A stretch of 64,000 nt of DNA, from the NCBI GenBank assembly GCA_943789445.1, contig CALSUC010000002.1:460256-524255 (forward strand), given 5' to 3'. The stretch is from an uncultured Gammaproteobacteria bacterium (GTDB taxonomy: Bacteria > Pseudomonadota > Gammaproteobacteria > UBA4575). The position numbers and the translations under genes are program-made. The notes under the pieces were generated by a model that saw only the letters and a list, made by a program, of their open reading frames with translations, was not told the origin of the DNA and ran no database searches. Of this stretch, positions 1 through 10,492 are shown in pieces; within the stretch, counting starts at the first letter, position 1; the number at the start of each line of letters is the position of its first letter.

Positions 1-666
1 GCTGATCAGGGTGATTTCGTGAGTAAATCAGGGTACTGGGCGCAATCAGATGGTCAGTATATCCATATAAAACAAATTGAAGATGGCCGTACGCCATATG
101 ATATTGAGCTTTTTGAATTTACAGCAGATTATCGTCTGCGACGTTACTTGACCGCCAGTTATGCAGATATTCAAAGCCAAGAGCAATGGCTTTTACATGA
201 TGTGAGTGAAAAGACCTTGGTTGGTGAAAGGATGCAGCAGAAAAACCATGACACGCTGCAATGGCAATCTTTTCTATCAGCTGAGCAGCTAGGCGTGATT
301 ATTTCCAGCCCACAGGCGCTCTCAATTACTGATCTGAACCAGTTTGTGCAAGGTTTGAAGCAACGTGGTGAAAAATCCTATCCTTTTGAAGTCTTGTTCT
401 GGCAGAAGCTAATGTCACCGCTAGCAGCCGGTATTATGATCGTGTTGGGTTTGTCTTTTGTTTTTGGGTCACAGAGACAGGTGAGTACGGGGCAGAGGAT
501 TACGATTGGCGTACTGACTGGGATGGGTTTCTATGTTTTCAGCCAAATGATCAATCATCTTGGCTTTGCCCTTGGCTGGCAGCCACTACTGGTGGCTGGA
601 TCACCTAATGCGATTGCGATTATTGCCTTGTTATTATTGGCATACCTACGCCAGGCTAAGGCTTAG
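1..666 (+). CDS. lptG: LptF/LptG (YjgP/YjgQ) family permease, 5'-truncated by window edge
   Basis: Frame open from base 1; periplasmic beta-rich region, then 'SITDL...FWQKLMSPLAAGIMIVLGLSF' and three C-terminal TM helices typical of LptG. Confidence 0.8.
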   Translation, partial: ADQGDFVSKSGYWAQSDGQYIHIKQIEDGRTPYDIELFEFTADYRLRRYLTASYADIQSQEQWLLHDVSEKTLVGERMQQKNHDTLQWQSFLSAEQLGVIISSPQALSITDLNQFVQGLKQRGEKSYPFEVLFWQKLMSPLAAGIMIVLGLSFVFGSQRQVSTGQRITIGVLTGMGFYVFSQMINHLGFALGWQPLLVAGSPNAIAIIALLLLAYLRQAKA

Positions 667-1646
667 AGTGCCGTTCGCTTGCTGTTAATAAATAAACCCT
701 GCTGCCTATCGTAGGCAAAGTCTTGGTATGACAGATGCCATTGTTTATCTTCTTGGCGTATTTCAAAAATTAGATATTGGGCGCGGTAGGGCTGTGCTTG
801 ACTGATGCTGCTGCAAGACGCGGCCCCAACTACGGGAATACTACGTTCTTCGTCTATCTGTAGCCTGTCATGAAAACGGCTATGGGCATGGCCATGCAGG
901 ATGAGTTCAACGGGTGTGTCGATTAAAGCCTCTATTAGCTCTTCTTGATTGATCAGCTCTTTGCGTGCCTTGACATGATTCTTGCTGACTGGGTGATGAA
1001 TCAAGAGCACTTTGCATAGGTTAGTGAGTTCTGGACGTTTTAATAGGGTCTTTAGTTTATTGATTTGTGCTGAGCTAATCTTCCCTGTTGCTTTAAACCA
1101 GGGGGCAGCAAAGACACTGGATAGACTGATGAAGGCAACTGGTCCTCGTATACGGACATGTGGATACATATTATTTAATGTGCTTAAGGCATCTTGCTCT
1201 AAAGCCTCATCTGGCTGTGGCATGTCATCGCCCAACATATAAGGCTGCCAATGATGAAAGGAGTGCTCCCAGCGAGCATTGACATAGAGGTCGTGGTTGC
1301 CTGGGATGACAGTGAGATTATCTGGTGTGGAGATCTGCTCTAGCCAGCTAGCGACCTGTTTAAATTCATCTTCTAGGCCAATATGGGTGAGATCTCCAGT
1401 CACCACATAATGGTCGATATGCTGTTGTTTCAATTGAGCGATGGCTATCTCTGCAATCTCACGTTGATGTGTATTACGACGTTTTTTTAGCCATGATAAA
1501 TAGCCTAGAAAGCGCTTGTTGAAGAGGTCTAAGGCCGATGCATTTTTGAGGTGCGAGAGATGAGGATCCGAAAGTTGCGCAAATCGGAAAGACTCATTAG
1601 CATGCGCTCCTTTTTTAGTGGTATCGTAATTCGAATTAATAGTCAT
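663..1646 (-). CDS. Calcineurin-like metallophosphoesterase (Icc/CpdA-like)
   Basis: SDPH, TGDL, GNHD, HHP and HGHAH metal-binding motifs. Confidence 0.85.
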   Translation of the reverse strand: MTINSNYDTTKKGAHANESFRFAQLSDPHLSHLKNASALDLFNKRFLGYLSWLKKRRNTHQREIAEIAIAQLKQQHIDHYVVTGDLTHIGLEDEFKQVASWLEQISTPDNLTVIPGNHDLYVNARWEHSFHHWQPYMLGDDMPQPDEALEQDALSTLNNMYPHVRIRGPVAFISLSSVFAAPWFKATGKISSAQINKLKTLLKRPELTNLCKVLLIHHPVSKNHVKARKELINQEELIEALIDTPVELILHGHAHSRFHDRLQIDEERSIPVVGAASCSSISQAQPYRAQYLIFEIRQEDKQWHLSYQDFAYDRQQGLFINSKRTAL

Positions 1647-1666
1647 CTCAGTGTCGACTCAATCTG

Positions 1667-2953
1667 TTGATTGTCGACCTTAACAAAAATAAAGCACATA
1701 TGTACTACCATCTTGTTAAACAATGCGGTGTTCCTCTTTGGGGTGTCAGCCCAGAGCAACGAGTCGCAAAAAATCTGGAAAAAGTAGGCGCCTTCGAACA
1801 GGTCGATGATCTTAGGTCATTGCAGCCTGATGATGCCATTTTAATCTTACGTTTAGACTATCTCTATGATGCCTACCTGCTGACTAAATTAGTTGCACAA
1901 CCCCATGTCAGTAGTAGCACACTTTTGAGTGATTCAAGTCAGGGTGCCTTGGTTGCAGCATGGACTTCGGTAGCAGCAGCGTCCCGCTTATTGACGCGGA
2001 TTGAGAATGAAGATATGGCTCAAGTGGTCGCTGAGGAAGAGGGTGATGCTGTCTCATTATTCTCACCGGAAGCACTGACTGGTGGATATGACCCTAAATT
2101 ACGTAAATTCAATCTATCGCATGTGGTTAAGGTAGTAGCAGAAGATCAGGTTCAGATTGAGAATTACCTCTACGATAAATCCTATAAAGGCATTACCGAT
2201 TTCGTCACTAAATGGTTTTGGCCAATACCCGCGAGACGTGTGGTAAGAAGTTGTGTTGAGAAGAATATTAGCCCGAATAAAGTGACCTCTATTGGTTGGT
2301 TGTTGACCGTGATTGCGGGTGTGCTTTTTTATCAAGGGCAGTTTGCTCTAGGATTGTTAGCGGCATGGCTGATGACTTTTTTGGATACCGTAGATGGTAA
2401 GTTGGCACGAGTCAGTTTGCAGTCAAGTAAGCTTGGACATTGGATGGATCATGGACTAGATATTATCCATCCACCCATATGGTATTGGTGCTGGGCACAG
2501 GGTTTGGCGCTAGATGAATTCAATGTTTTTGGACAGATGATTGCACTCGATAGCTTGCTCATCGTCATGTTACTCGCCTATGTTGGCGGTCGTCTATTTG
2601 AAGGTTTATTTCAGATCTCATTCGATAATATTGAGATTTTCTGCTGGAAGCCGATTGATTCTTATCATCGTTTATTCACCGCTAGACGTAACCCTTGCAT
2701 GGTGCTGCTTAGCATAGCGATATTTTTGATTAGCCCGCAGGCTGGCTTTATATGGGTTGTGCTTTGGAGCGCCTTATCCACTATTTTGCTTGCGCTAAGG
2801 TTTTTGCAGGCAGTGTTCTACCGTCTATTAGTCGGTCGTTTACGACCATGGATTGAAGATGTCGACCCAGAGCAGCCGAACCCATCACAGGTGATTCAGT
2901 GGTTTACTGGGCAACAAGCGATTACTACAATTTCTTCGCTGATTAAGCGATAA
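1667..2953 (+). CDS. CDP-alcohol phosphatidyltransferase family protein with N-terminal extension (CpgA-like); start may be ATG 1700
   Basis: DTVDGKLAR...G...DHGLD matches DxxDGxxAR-G-DxxxD; SPNKVT motif; TM helices. Confidence 0.85.
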   Translation: MIVDLNKNKAHMYYHLVKQCGVPLWGVSPEQRVAKNLEKVGAFEQVDDLRSLQPDDAILILRLDYLYDAYLLTKLVAQPHVSSSTLLSDSSQGALVAAWTSVAAASRLLTRIENEDMAQVVAEEEGDAVSLFSPEALTGGYDPKLRKFNLSHVVKVVAEDQVQIENYLYDKSYKGITDFVTKWFWPIPARRVVRSCVEKNISPNKVTSIGWLLTVIAGVLFYQGQFALGLLAAWLMTFLDTVDGKLARVSLQSSKLGHWMDHGLDIIHPPIWYWCWAQGLALDEFNVFGQMIALDSLLIVMLLAYVGGRLFEGLFQISFDNIEIFCWKPIDSYHRLFTARRNPCMVLLSIAIFLISPQAGFIWVVLWSALSTILLALRFLQAVFYRLLVGRLRPWIEDVDPEQPNPSQVIQWFTGQQAITTISSLIKR

Positions 2954-2971
2954 AGCATAGACTAAATTAGT

Positions 2972-3940
2972 ATGGATGCAGCTATTTCAATTACAGCGAT
3001 TAGCAACCCTAATAGTGGCCTGAATAAGCGCGGACAGTTTCGTCGTTTTTGTGAGGTGGTTGAATTATACCCACAGGTCCAACATGAGGTGACGTCGGTA
3101 GAAAGTGATATGGATCACGTCTTAGAGGCGTGTCAGCACGCCGCGATCCCAGTGATTGTTGTTAATGGTGGTGATGGCACTTTGCACAAAGTATTAAGCT
3201 TTTTGTCACGATCAGCCGCACAAGGGTATATGCCTAAATTAGCTATAATACGCGCAGGCACGACGAACATGACCTTTGGCGATATTGGATTGAAAGGTGA
3301 TTTAGCCGAACTATTTAAAGACCTTTTGGCTTATGTCTCAGGCCAAAAAAATAAAGTTAGAGAGTGCTCTAGGCCTATCTTGCGCATGCGAATACCGGCT
3401 GAAAATAAGGAAGTATGTGGTATGTTCTTTGGTGCAGGAGCGGTCTATTCAGGTATTTTATATTGTCGGCAGAATATTCATACGCGTGGTATCGCGGGTG
3501 AGTTTGGGCCAACATTAGCCATCTTGCGCTATCTCTTAGACTGGATCACTCGTGGCAAACTGATTCAATCTGCGGTGGGGCAGGCGCAGATTGATGAACA
3601 GTCTGTTATTGAGGGTGAATTTACAGTCATTTTGGCCTCTACTCTGCAACGCCTTATTGGAGGAATTTATCCATTTTGGGGTGATAGCAAATTCAACAAT
3701 GAGTTGGCCCTAACATTGATTAAATCCAATTCAAAAAAGTCATTGTTATCAAGTTTGCGGATACTACGTGGGCGGGCACCATGCAGAAATGATGATGGTT
3801 ATATGAGTGTGAAGGCAAAGGCAGTTAGGTTAATGATTAGGGGTGGCTTTACTTTAGATGGTGAGTTATTCGGTGGTGAAAATAAGGACAGTGAAGTATT
3901 TCTTGATGCTAATGCAATGGCACACTTTCTTACTCGATGA
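2972..3940 (+). CDS. Diacylglycerol/sphingosine/ceramide kinase family protein (CpgB-like)
   Basis: NPNSG, NGGDGT, AGTTNM and LDGE motifs of the DAGK catalytic fold. Confidence 0.85.
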   Translation: MDAAISITAISNPNSGLNKRGQFRRFCEVVELYPQVQHEVTSVESDMDHVLEACQHAAIPVIVVNGGDGTLHKVLSFLSRSAAQGYMPKLAIIRAGTTNMTFGDIGLKGDLAELFKDLLAYVSGQKNKVRECSRPILRMRIPAENKEVCGMFFGAGAVYSGILYCRQNIHTRGIAGEFGPTLAILRYLLDWITRGKLIQSAVGQAQIDEQSVIEGEFTVILASTLQRLIGGIYPFWGDSKFNNELALTLIKSNSKKSLLSSLRILRGRAPCRNDDGYMSVKAKAVRLMIRGGFTLDGELFGGENKDSEVFLDANAMAHFLTR

Positions 3941-4848
3941 AAAATATGGATACAAAGCTACTATTTCAGTGTCTAGATAAACAGCTTATTACTGTCGATG
4001 ATGTGATATTGACGGCGTTTGTTGAGGTGTTGCAACGTAAGTTTGATGCTTCTTTGCGTGCGATTATGTTCTATGGGTCATGTCTGCGTAGCCGCAAATA
4101 TAAAGATGCTATGTTGGATTTCTATGTCATCGTTGATGATTATCAAACAGCTTATGACTCAAAGACACACGCCGTGTTAAATGCCTGTTTAGCACCGAAT
4201 GTATACTTTCAAACAGTTGAAGTTGACGGTGTGAAAGTACAGGCAAAATATGCCGTGCTATCAGAAAAGGATTTACTGCTGCAAACATCTACACGTGCCT
4301 ATCATTCTTATTTCTGGGCGCGTTTTGCACAACCCTTTGCATTAATTTATCAAGCTGATGCACAGGCACGAATGCAGCTTATTCAAGCACAGCTTAATTC
4401 GATTACTACGATCTATACTAAGACTATTGGCCTATTCAACAGCCCTCCAACAGCGCAAGAGTTTTGGGTCGGTGCCTTGCAAAAGACATATTCTGCAGAA
4501 CTGCGTGCTGAAAGTAAGCTGCGCGCTGGTGTGATCTATGAATCAAATCAAAGGCATTATGACGAGGCCTTTAATACGCTTTTAAACATAGGTTTTAGCC
4601 ATTCGTCGCGCACATCGCGGTGGACAGCATGGAATTGGGTTATTCGTGCAGCCTGGGGCAAGTTATTGTCTGTCTTACGCCTGCTTAAAGCGGCAACCAC
4701 CTTTGAAAATGGGGTGGATTACTTGGCCTGGAAGATAGAACGACACAGTGGTGTGCATGTCGAAATTAACGACCGCCATCGAAAACACCCCTTTATATAT
4801 TGTTGGCCCATACTCTGGCGGCTTTGGCGTAAGGGTGCTGTTCAGTAG
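3937..4848 (+). CDS. Tam41/Mmp37-like nucleotidyltransferase-fold protein (CpgC-like)
   Basis: FYGSCLR...DFYVIVD nucleotidyltransferase-like motif; KYAV and YFWARFAQP segments; 4-bp overlap with kinase gene. Confidence 0.65.
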   Translation: MKNMDTKLLFQCLDKQLITVDDVILTAFVEVLQRKFDASLRAIMFYGSCLRSRKYKDAMLDFYVIVDDYQTAYDSKTHAVLNACLAPNVYFQTVEVDGVKVQAKYAVLSEKDLLLQTSTRAYHSYFWARFAQPFALIYQADAQARMQLIQAQLNSITTIYTKTIGLFNSPPTAQEFWVGALQKTYSAELRAESKLRAGVIYESNQRHYDEAFNTLLNIGFSHSSRTSRWTAWNWVIRAAWGKLLSVLRLLKAATTFENGVDYLAWKIERHSGVHVEINDRHRKHPFIYCWPILWRLWRKGAVQ

Positions 4849-5025
4849 CACTTTTGTGCGTTGATTATTCGCCCTAATAGTATAAATATACAATTAATTA
4901 GGATATCTCGTAGTGTCTTTGGGCTATTTTTCGGTGTAAATCCCAAGACTTACTGAAATACTTAAGGTTTTTAAAGGAGAGGTTCACGTAAGGATTAGAT
5001 TAAGCAGCTAAGAGGTTAATTTGTT

Positions 5026-5307
5026 ATGGAATTGATTGACTATAATAAGATTAGACTTAAAAAATTAATGATCATTTATGGTAAGCCATCTAATAAAGTG
5101 GCTACTTTAATTGGAACAGTAACCGGTGACCATCTTTCTACCCGCACTGTGCAATCATGGAGTGCAGCACCTGGTTTGGTGAGTGCGCGTCCCTGTCCAG
5201 GTTGGGCCCTGTATATTCTTGAGAATGAATTACAGATGTTAGAAGAAGAGGAGGATGAGGACGTAGCTCCGCTACTGCCCCCTAAACTTCGTAAGCTCTT
5301 GGACTAA
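5026..5307 (+). CDS. Small hypothetical protein, possible Cro/XRE-like helix-turn-helix with acidic tail
   Basis: AGAGG RBS upstream; 'KVATLIG...LSTRTVQSW' HTH-like; EEEEDED tail. Confidence 0.5.
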   Translation: MELIDYNKIRLKKLMIIYGKPSNKVATLIGTVTGDHLSTRTVQSWSAAPGLVSARPCPGWALYILENELQMLEEEEDEDVAPLLPPKLRKLLD

Positions 5308-5336
5308 GATCGCTGAGGGCTTCTTGATATCTAGGC

Positions 5337-5945
5337 TTAAGTTAGCATGCCTTTGTCTTTGATGAATTGCATGATTTCGGCCAAACCTTCTTCTTTTTTT
5401 AGATTGCTAAATAGAAAGGGTCTTTCACCGCGCATTTTCTTGGCGTCTCTCTGCATGACCTCTAACGATGCGCCTACCAATGGTGCCAAATCTGTTTTAT
5501 TGATGATCAGTAGATCAGACTTGGTAATTCCAGGACCACCTTTACGTGGTATTTTATCGCCTGCTGAGACGTCGATGACATAAATAGTTAAGTCTGACAG
5601 TTCTGGGCTAAAGGTTGCACTTAAGTTGTCGCCGCCACTTTCAATAAAGACGAAGTCTAGGTTTTTAAACTTACTGCAGAGCTCATCGACTGCTAATAGA
5701 TTCATTGAGGCATCTTCACGGATCGCAGTATGTGGGCAGCCACCGGTCTCTACGCCAATAATCCGCTCTTCTTCCAAGGCCTTATTATTAATAAGGAACT
5801 GGGCATCTTCTTTCGTATAGATGTCATTAGTGACGGCAGCTATCTCATAGTCATTCCGCATATTCATACATAATGTGCGTAATAATGCGGTTTTTCCTGA
5901 GCCAACTGGGCCGCCAACACCGATTCGTAAGACTTGTTTTTGCAT
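5337..5945 (-). CDS. ureG: Urease accessory GTPase UreG
   Basis: [27 protein letters not shown]. Confidence 0.98.
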   Translation of the reverse strand: MQKQVLRIGVGGPVGSGKTALLRTLCMNMRNDYEIAAVTNDIYTKEDAQFLINNKALEEERIIGVETGGCPHTAIREDASMNLLAVDELCSKFKNLDFVFIESGGDNLSATFSPELSDLTIYVIDVSAGDKIPRKGGPGITKSDLLIINKTDLAPLVGASLEVMQRDAKKMRGERPFLFSNLKKEEGLAEIMQFIKDKGMLT

Positions 5946-5971
5946 TGCTAATATTCCTTTTGTCTGGAGAG

Positions 5972-6646
5972 TTATGACCGAAATAATCGGCTATATTGTT
6001 CTTCGTGATGCATGCTTGCGAATACTAATCCGGGGCAACTGGCACCAATATTGTCGTCTTCTATATCTAAGCTTGCTGTAATAACATCATCTATCAAGGG
6101 TATCAGTTGCTGTAATACATGCTGGCCAGCTGTCTGTCCCAAAGGGATCAGCTTTATGGCAACACTGACTTGATTTTCCAACCAAGCCCAAAGCAACCCA
6201 TGGAGCGCGGCTTGTTCATCTATATGCCATTCAACGCAGGCAAGGCTGAAGATCGTGGCAAAACTACATTCTTGATCTTGCCATGCGATAACTTGGGTCA
6301 GGCCCTGATTCTTCAATAATCGAACTAGAGCCATACCTAGTTGACTGTCTTCAAGACGTAATTCACGAGTTTCTCGACTGGCTAATAAGTAAGCGTTCCA
6401 ATAATGCTGTTGATCTAGATCAGCAGTCTGATGCGCTCGGTATAGGCGCAGAAATAGGGGCAATTCTTGGTATAAAAAGCTTTGCTGTAAAACTATTGTG
6501 AGCCACTGCATGAGATCTTTTTCATTCTCTATGATGCCCTGGTCACAGGCAGATTCTAAACCCTGTGAATAGGCATAAGCACCAACAGGTAAGGCTGGGC
6601 TGCTCAGGCGTAAGAGCTGTAAAAGGGCGCTAGAACTAGTGTGCAT
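5972..6646 (-). CDS. ureF: Urease accessory protein UreF (start moved to ATG 6646, overlapping ureE end)
   Basis: [14 protein letters not shown]-terminal [11 protein letters not shown]. Confidence 0.95.
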   Translation of the reverse strand: MHTSSSALLQLLRLSSPALPVGAYAYSQGLESACDQGIIENEKDLMQWLTIVLQQSFLYQELPLFLRLYRAHQTADLDQQHYWNAYLLASRETRELRLEDSQLGMALVRLLKNQGLTQVIAWQDQECSFATIFSLACVEWHIDEQAALHGLLWAWLENQVSVAIKLIPLGQTAGQHVLQQLIPLIDDVITASLDIEDDNIGASCPGLVFASMHHEEQYSRLFRS

Positions 6647-7094
6647 GAGAGCTATGATAGGCGCCTGATTCTGGCTCAAAAGGAGCCAGTTCATGGATTA
6701 ATTCGATGCCGAAGGCGACTACCATCTCATCTAACACATGATCTTGTAGATAGCGTGCAAAGGTAGGTTGTATTTCTATCGGTACATGACGATTGCCTAA
6801 ATGGTAACAGCAGCGTGATAGTAGAAGTGGGTCGCTACTCTTTAAGGTACTGACAGCCTCGTCAGCAGCAATGATACGTACAGTTTCATCAGTTTCAGCC
6901 TGCACAATATCTCCACCACGTAGGATGATGCCTCTGGGTAAAAATAAGCCTACTTCTTGGCCGTTATCTAGTCGTGTCTTTAGGCGTGCTTTTTGTCTTA
7001 ATTCAAAGGCCAATGTCAGGCTTAAAGCAGTGTCACTGAATGTATTGTCAATGCTCATACTGGCGGCAGAATAATGTTTAGAGAGAGTGAGCAT
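6636..7094 (-). CDS. ureE: Urease accessory nickel chaperone UreE
   Basis: YHLGNRH, DHVL, FEPESGAY; only a short His tail (HSSHAH). Confidence 0.95.
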   Translation of the reverse strand: MLTLSKHYSAASMSIDNTFSDTALSLTLAFELRQKARLKTRLDNGQEVGLFLPRGIILRGGDIVQAETDETVRIIAADEAVSTLKSSDPLLLSRCCYHLGNRHVPIEIQPTFARYLQDHVLDEMVVAFGIELIHELAPFEPESGAYHSSHAH

Positions 7095-7105
7095 ATTTGA
7101 CCCTA

Positions 7106-8809
7106 TTAGAATAAAAAATAACGTTGTGCCAGTGCGACTTCAGTCGCGGGTTCACAGACTAAAAGCTGACCATCGGCACGGACTTGATAGTTTTGTGGAT
7201 CGACTTCGATATGGGGTTGGTAAGTATTATGGATTAAATCCGCCTTACGTATAGTGCGTGTATTGCTGACCGCGATACACTGTTTTTGTAGACCTAATTG
7301 CTTTGCAATATCAGCTTCCAGCGCCGCTTGCGAAACAAAAGTGAAGCTAGTGGCATGATTGGCGCCAGCATAGGCACTAAACATAGACCGGTAATGCACT
7401 GGCTGCGGTGTTGGAATGGAGGCATTAGGGTCACCCATAGGTGCCGCTGCAATCATGCCTGCCTTCAAGATTAAGGCTGGCTTGGCACCAAAAAACATAG
7501 GGTCCCATAAGACTAGATCAGCCAGCTTACCAACCTCTACTGAACCGACATCTGCCGCGATTCCATGCGTGATGGCCGGATTAATTGTATATTTCGCAAT
7601 GTATCGTTTGGCCCGCATATTATCATTATTCATACTATCTTCTGCTAAGGCACCTCGTTGTTTTTTCATCTTGTCAGCGGTTTGCCAAGTGCGACTAATA
7701 ACTTCACCTACTCGGCCCATAGCCTGTGAATCTGATGCAATCATACTGAAGGCACCCAAATCATGAAGGATGTCTTCAGCTGCAATGGTTTCACGACGAA
7801 TACGTGATTCAGCGAAGGCGACGTCTTCAGCAATCTTGCTATCGAGGTGGTGACAAACCATTAACATATCTAGATGTTCATCAATGGTGTTATGCGTATA
7901 AGGGCGTGTTGGATTAGTGCTGGAAGGTAAGACATTAGCCTCACCACAAGCACGAATAATGTCAGGTGCATGACCGCCACCAGCACCTTCTGTATGGTAG
8001 GTGTGGATGGCGCGGCCTTTAAAAGCAGCAAGGGTATCTTCAACAAAGCCAGATTCATTCAATGTGTCGGTATGGATTGCAACTTGAATATCGTATTGTT
8101 CAGCAACGCTTAAACAGGTATCGATTGCGATAGGGGTAGTACCCCAATCCTCATGTAGTTTAAGGCCCATAGCGCCAGCAATTAGCTGTTCTTCCAGCGG
8201 GGCGGCAACACTCGCATTACCTTTGCCCATAAAACCTAAATTCATTGGGAAGGCATCAGCTGCTTGTAACATGCGATGAATATTCCAAGGGCCTGGTGTA
8301 CAGGTGGTTGCATTGGTGCCAGTAGCTGGTCCTGTTCCACCGCCTAACATGGTTGTGACACCTGACATCAAGGCTTCTTCAATTTGTTGCGGACAAATGA
8401 AATGGATATGTGCGTCGATGCCACCTGCTGTAATAATTTTACCTTCACCTGCAATCGCTTCAGTTCCCGGGCCAATAGCAATATCAATGTCTGACTGGAT
8501 ATCAGGGTTGCCAGCCTTGCCAATGGCTATGATGCGGCCATTCTTGATACCAATATCAGCTTTTACTATGCCCCAGTGATCAAGTATTAAGGCATTCGTT
8601 ATGACGCAGTCAACAACATCTGCAGCACAACCTTGTCCTTGCCCCATGCCATCACGAATGACTTTACCACCGCCAAATTTCACTTCTTCACCGTAGCGTG
8701 CAAAGTCCTTTTCGACTTCGATAATAATTTCTGTGTCACCCAGTCGAATTTTGTCACCGACTGTAGGTCCAAACATCTCTGCGTATGCCCGCCGACTCAT
8801 AGTGCTCAT
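7106..8809 (-). CDS. ureC: Urease subunit alpha
   Basis: [32 protein letters not shown]. Confidence 0.99.
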   Translation of the reverse strand: MSTMSRRAYAEMFGPTVGDKIRLGDTEIIIEVEKDFARYGEEVKFGGGKVIRDGMGQGQGCAADVVDCVITNALILDHWGIVKADIGIKNGRIIAIGKAGNPDIQSDIDIAIGPGTEAIAGEGKIITAGGIDAHIHFICPQQIEEALMSGVTTMLGGGTGPATGTNATTCTPGPWNIHRMLQAADAFPMNLGFMGKGNASVAAPLEEQLIAGAMGLKLHEDWGTTPIAIDTCLSVAEQYDIQVAIHTDTLNESGFVEDTLAAFKGRAIHTYHTEGAGGGHAPDIIRACGEANVLPSSTNPTRPYTHNTIDEHLDMLMVCHHLDSKIAEDVAFAESRIRRETIAAEDILHDLGAFSMIASDSQAMGRVGEVISRTWQTADKMKKQRGALAEDSMNNDNMRAKRYIAKYTINPAITHGIAADVGSVEVGKLADLVLWDPMFFGAKPALILKAGMIAAAPMGDPNASIPTPQPVHYRSMFSAYAGANHATSFTFVSQAALEADIAKQLGLQKQCIAVSNTRTIRKADLIHNTYQPHIEVDPQNYQVRADGQLLVCEPATEVALAQRYFLF

Positions 8810-8813
8810 AGTT

Positions 8814-9122
8814 TTAATCTAGATCCCCCATTATTTTCCCTTGGAAACCAAATATTTTACGTGCGCCAGCAAGTTCTATTAATTGGACTGTGCGAATTTG
8901 TCCCGGCTCAAATCGCACCGCAGTACCAGCAGGGATGTCTAGACGCATACCTTTAGTCTGCTCACGATCAAAATCTAATGCATTATTGGTCTCGTAGAAA
9001 TGGTAGTGCGAGCCGACTTGTATTGGGCGATCACCCATGTTGGAAACTACTAAGCTTTTGCGTTTGCGCCCAACATTGATCTCAATTTCGCCGTCGGCAA
9101 CGATAATTTCTCCAGGTATCAT
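8814..9122 (-). CDS. ureB: Urease subunit beta
   Basis: [27 protein letters not shown]. Confidence 0.99.
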   Translation of the reverse strand: MIPGEIIVADGEIEINVGRKRKSLVVSNMGDRPIQVGSHYHFYETNNALDFDREQTKGMRLDIPAGTAVRFEPGQIRTVQLIELAGARKIFGFQGKIMGDLD

Positions 9123-9137
9123 GCTCTACTCCAATGC

Positions 9138-9440
9138 CTAAATAATCGGTTCATGGACGGTAACTAATTTAGTGCCGTCTGGGAAAGTGGCTTCAACTTG
9201 TACCTCATGAATCATCCCAGCGATGCCATCCATGACGTCTTCTCTAGTTAAAATTTCACGACCATACTGCATTAATTCAGCAACTGTTTTGCCATCACGC
9301 GCACCCTCTAATATCTCACATGAGATGAGTGCAATAGCCTCAGGGTAATTCAGTTTCACACCTCTTTTTTTTCGCTTCTCTGCTAAAAGGCCAGCAGTGA
9401 ATAGTAATAACTTGTCTTTTTCTCTAGGTAATAATTCCAT
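9138..9440 (-). CDS. ureA: Urease subunit gamma
   Basis: [21 protein letters not shown]. Confidence 0.99.
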   Translation of the reverse strand: MELLPREKDKLLLFTAGLLAEKRKKRGVKLNYPEAIALISCEILEGARDGKTVAELMQYGREILTREDVMDGIAGMIHEVQVEATFPDGTKLVTVHEPII

Positions 9441-9461
9441 AATTTTTTCTACCTTTAAGTC

Positions 9462-10310
9462 TTAGGTTAACCAAATTCGTGGGATGCATGCTGGGCGTTT
9501 TAAGACTATTGGTCTGATTGTCTGCCATAGTTCTAAGAATAAGGTTTTAATCTGTTCTGCATAAGTTGCACTGGCGCGAATGACGAATATGTCTTGAATT
9601 ATGCTGCAGCCTGAGCGCAATTCTGGATGTTTTTCTAAAATATCAAGAATGATCTTTTTCTCGATTGTCTCATTATTTGCACGTATCAAAAAACTCCCAA
9701 TAGCCTCTGCAGCATGTAAGCCACAGGGTTGTGTTAAGAGTGGGCTAGAACCATCATAGCGATTACTTTCTATTAATAGTGGTTTGCCGTCTTGCCACAA
9801 TTCTAGAGTCTGAAAAATATGACCTGACTGAAACGAACGAGTTTGAGCAGGTAATCCAAGACATTGGATTTCCCATGCTAGTACACGACTATCTTTGGTG
9901 TAATCAATACGTGTGATGGTTCGTGCTTGGGCAGCATCAAAATAAACTGTCTCTTGTGGCAGCCATTCTATACTCGCACCTTCAGCGCATGTTATGCGTT
10001 GTTCTTGTTTCGCAATTGGTCCAATACTACGGTAGAACTTGGTTGCTCCCGGGGTGGTGATTAAACCATGCGCTTTAGCATCTAGTTTGACATCTAAGCG
10101 CAACTCGTCACCACCAGCGATACCTCCAGGAGGGTGTAATAAAACAACATGACAGCAATCTGACTGTTCTGGATAAAACGGTTTTTGAACCGCAAGTGGT
10201 CCAAAATGTGTTCGGTCAGTTAGAAAGGTTTTTCCATCTTTATTGATGAATTTTAAACGTAAACTAGCTTGCCACGATGAATCCCATATGGCATCTGACT
10301 GTGTGGTCAT
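9462..10310 (-). CDS. ureD: Urease accessory protein UreD
   Basis: GPLAVQKPFYPE, HPPGGIAGGD, TTPGATKFYRS, PRIW. Confidence 0.97.
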   Translation of the reverse strand: MTTQSDAIWDSSWQASLRLKFINKDGKTFLTDRTHFGPLAVQKPFYPEQSDCCHVVLLHPPGGIAGGDELRLDVKLDAKAHGLITTPGATKFYRSIGPIAKQEQRITCAEGASIEWLPQETVYFDAAQARTITRIDYTKDSRVLAWEIQCLGLPAQTRSFQSGHIFQTLELWQDGKPLLIESNRYDGSSPLLTQPCGLHAAEAIGSFLIRANNETIEKKIILDILEKHPELRSGCSIIQDIFVIRASATYAEQIKTLFLELWQTIRPIVLKRPACIPRIWLT

Positions 10311-10474
10311 TTTTTAGCGATAGCAAATGCAATGATTGTGACAGGGAATGCGAGCAGGACTAGCCACTCAAAATGACTGTGTATCATCTGTAGGGGATGT
10401 GCGCTAATAGGGTGGGCGAAAATATTACTGCTATTAAGTAGCAAGATAGTGACTAATATGGATTTCACGTTCAT
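10307..10474 (-). CDS. Unannotated 55-aa signal-peptide / His-containing / TM small protein (HupE/UreJ N-terminus-like)
   Basis: Hand-translated: MNVKSILVTILLLNSSNIFAHPISAHPLQMIHSHFEWLVLLAFPVTIIAFAIAKK; GAGGA RBS; TGA overlaps ureD ATG (ATGA); fills the urtE-ureD gap. Confidence 0.75.
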   Translation of the reverse strand: MNVKSILVTILLLNSSNIFAHPISAHPLQMIHSHFEWLVLLAFPVTIIAFAIAKK

Positions 10475-10492
10475 TTGTTTTCCTCGTTGGGC

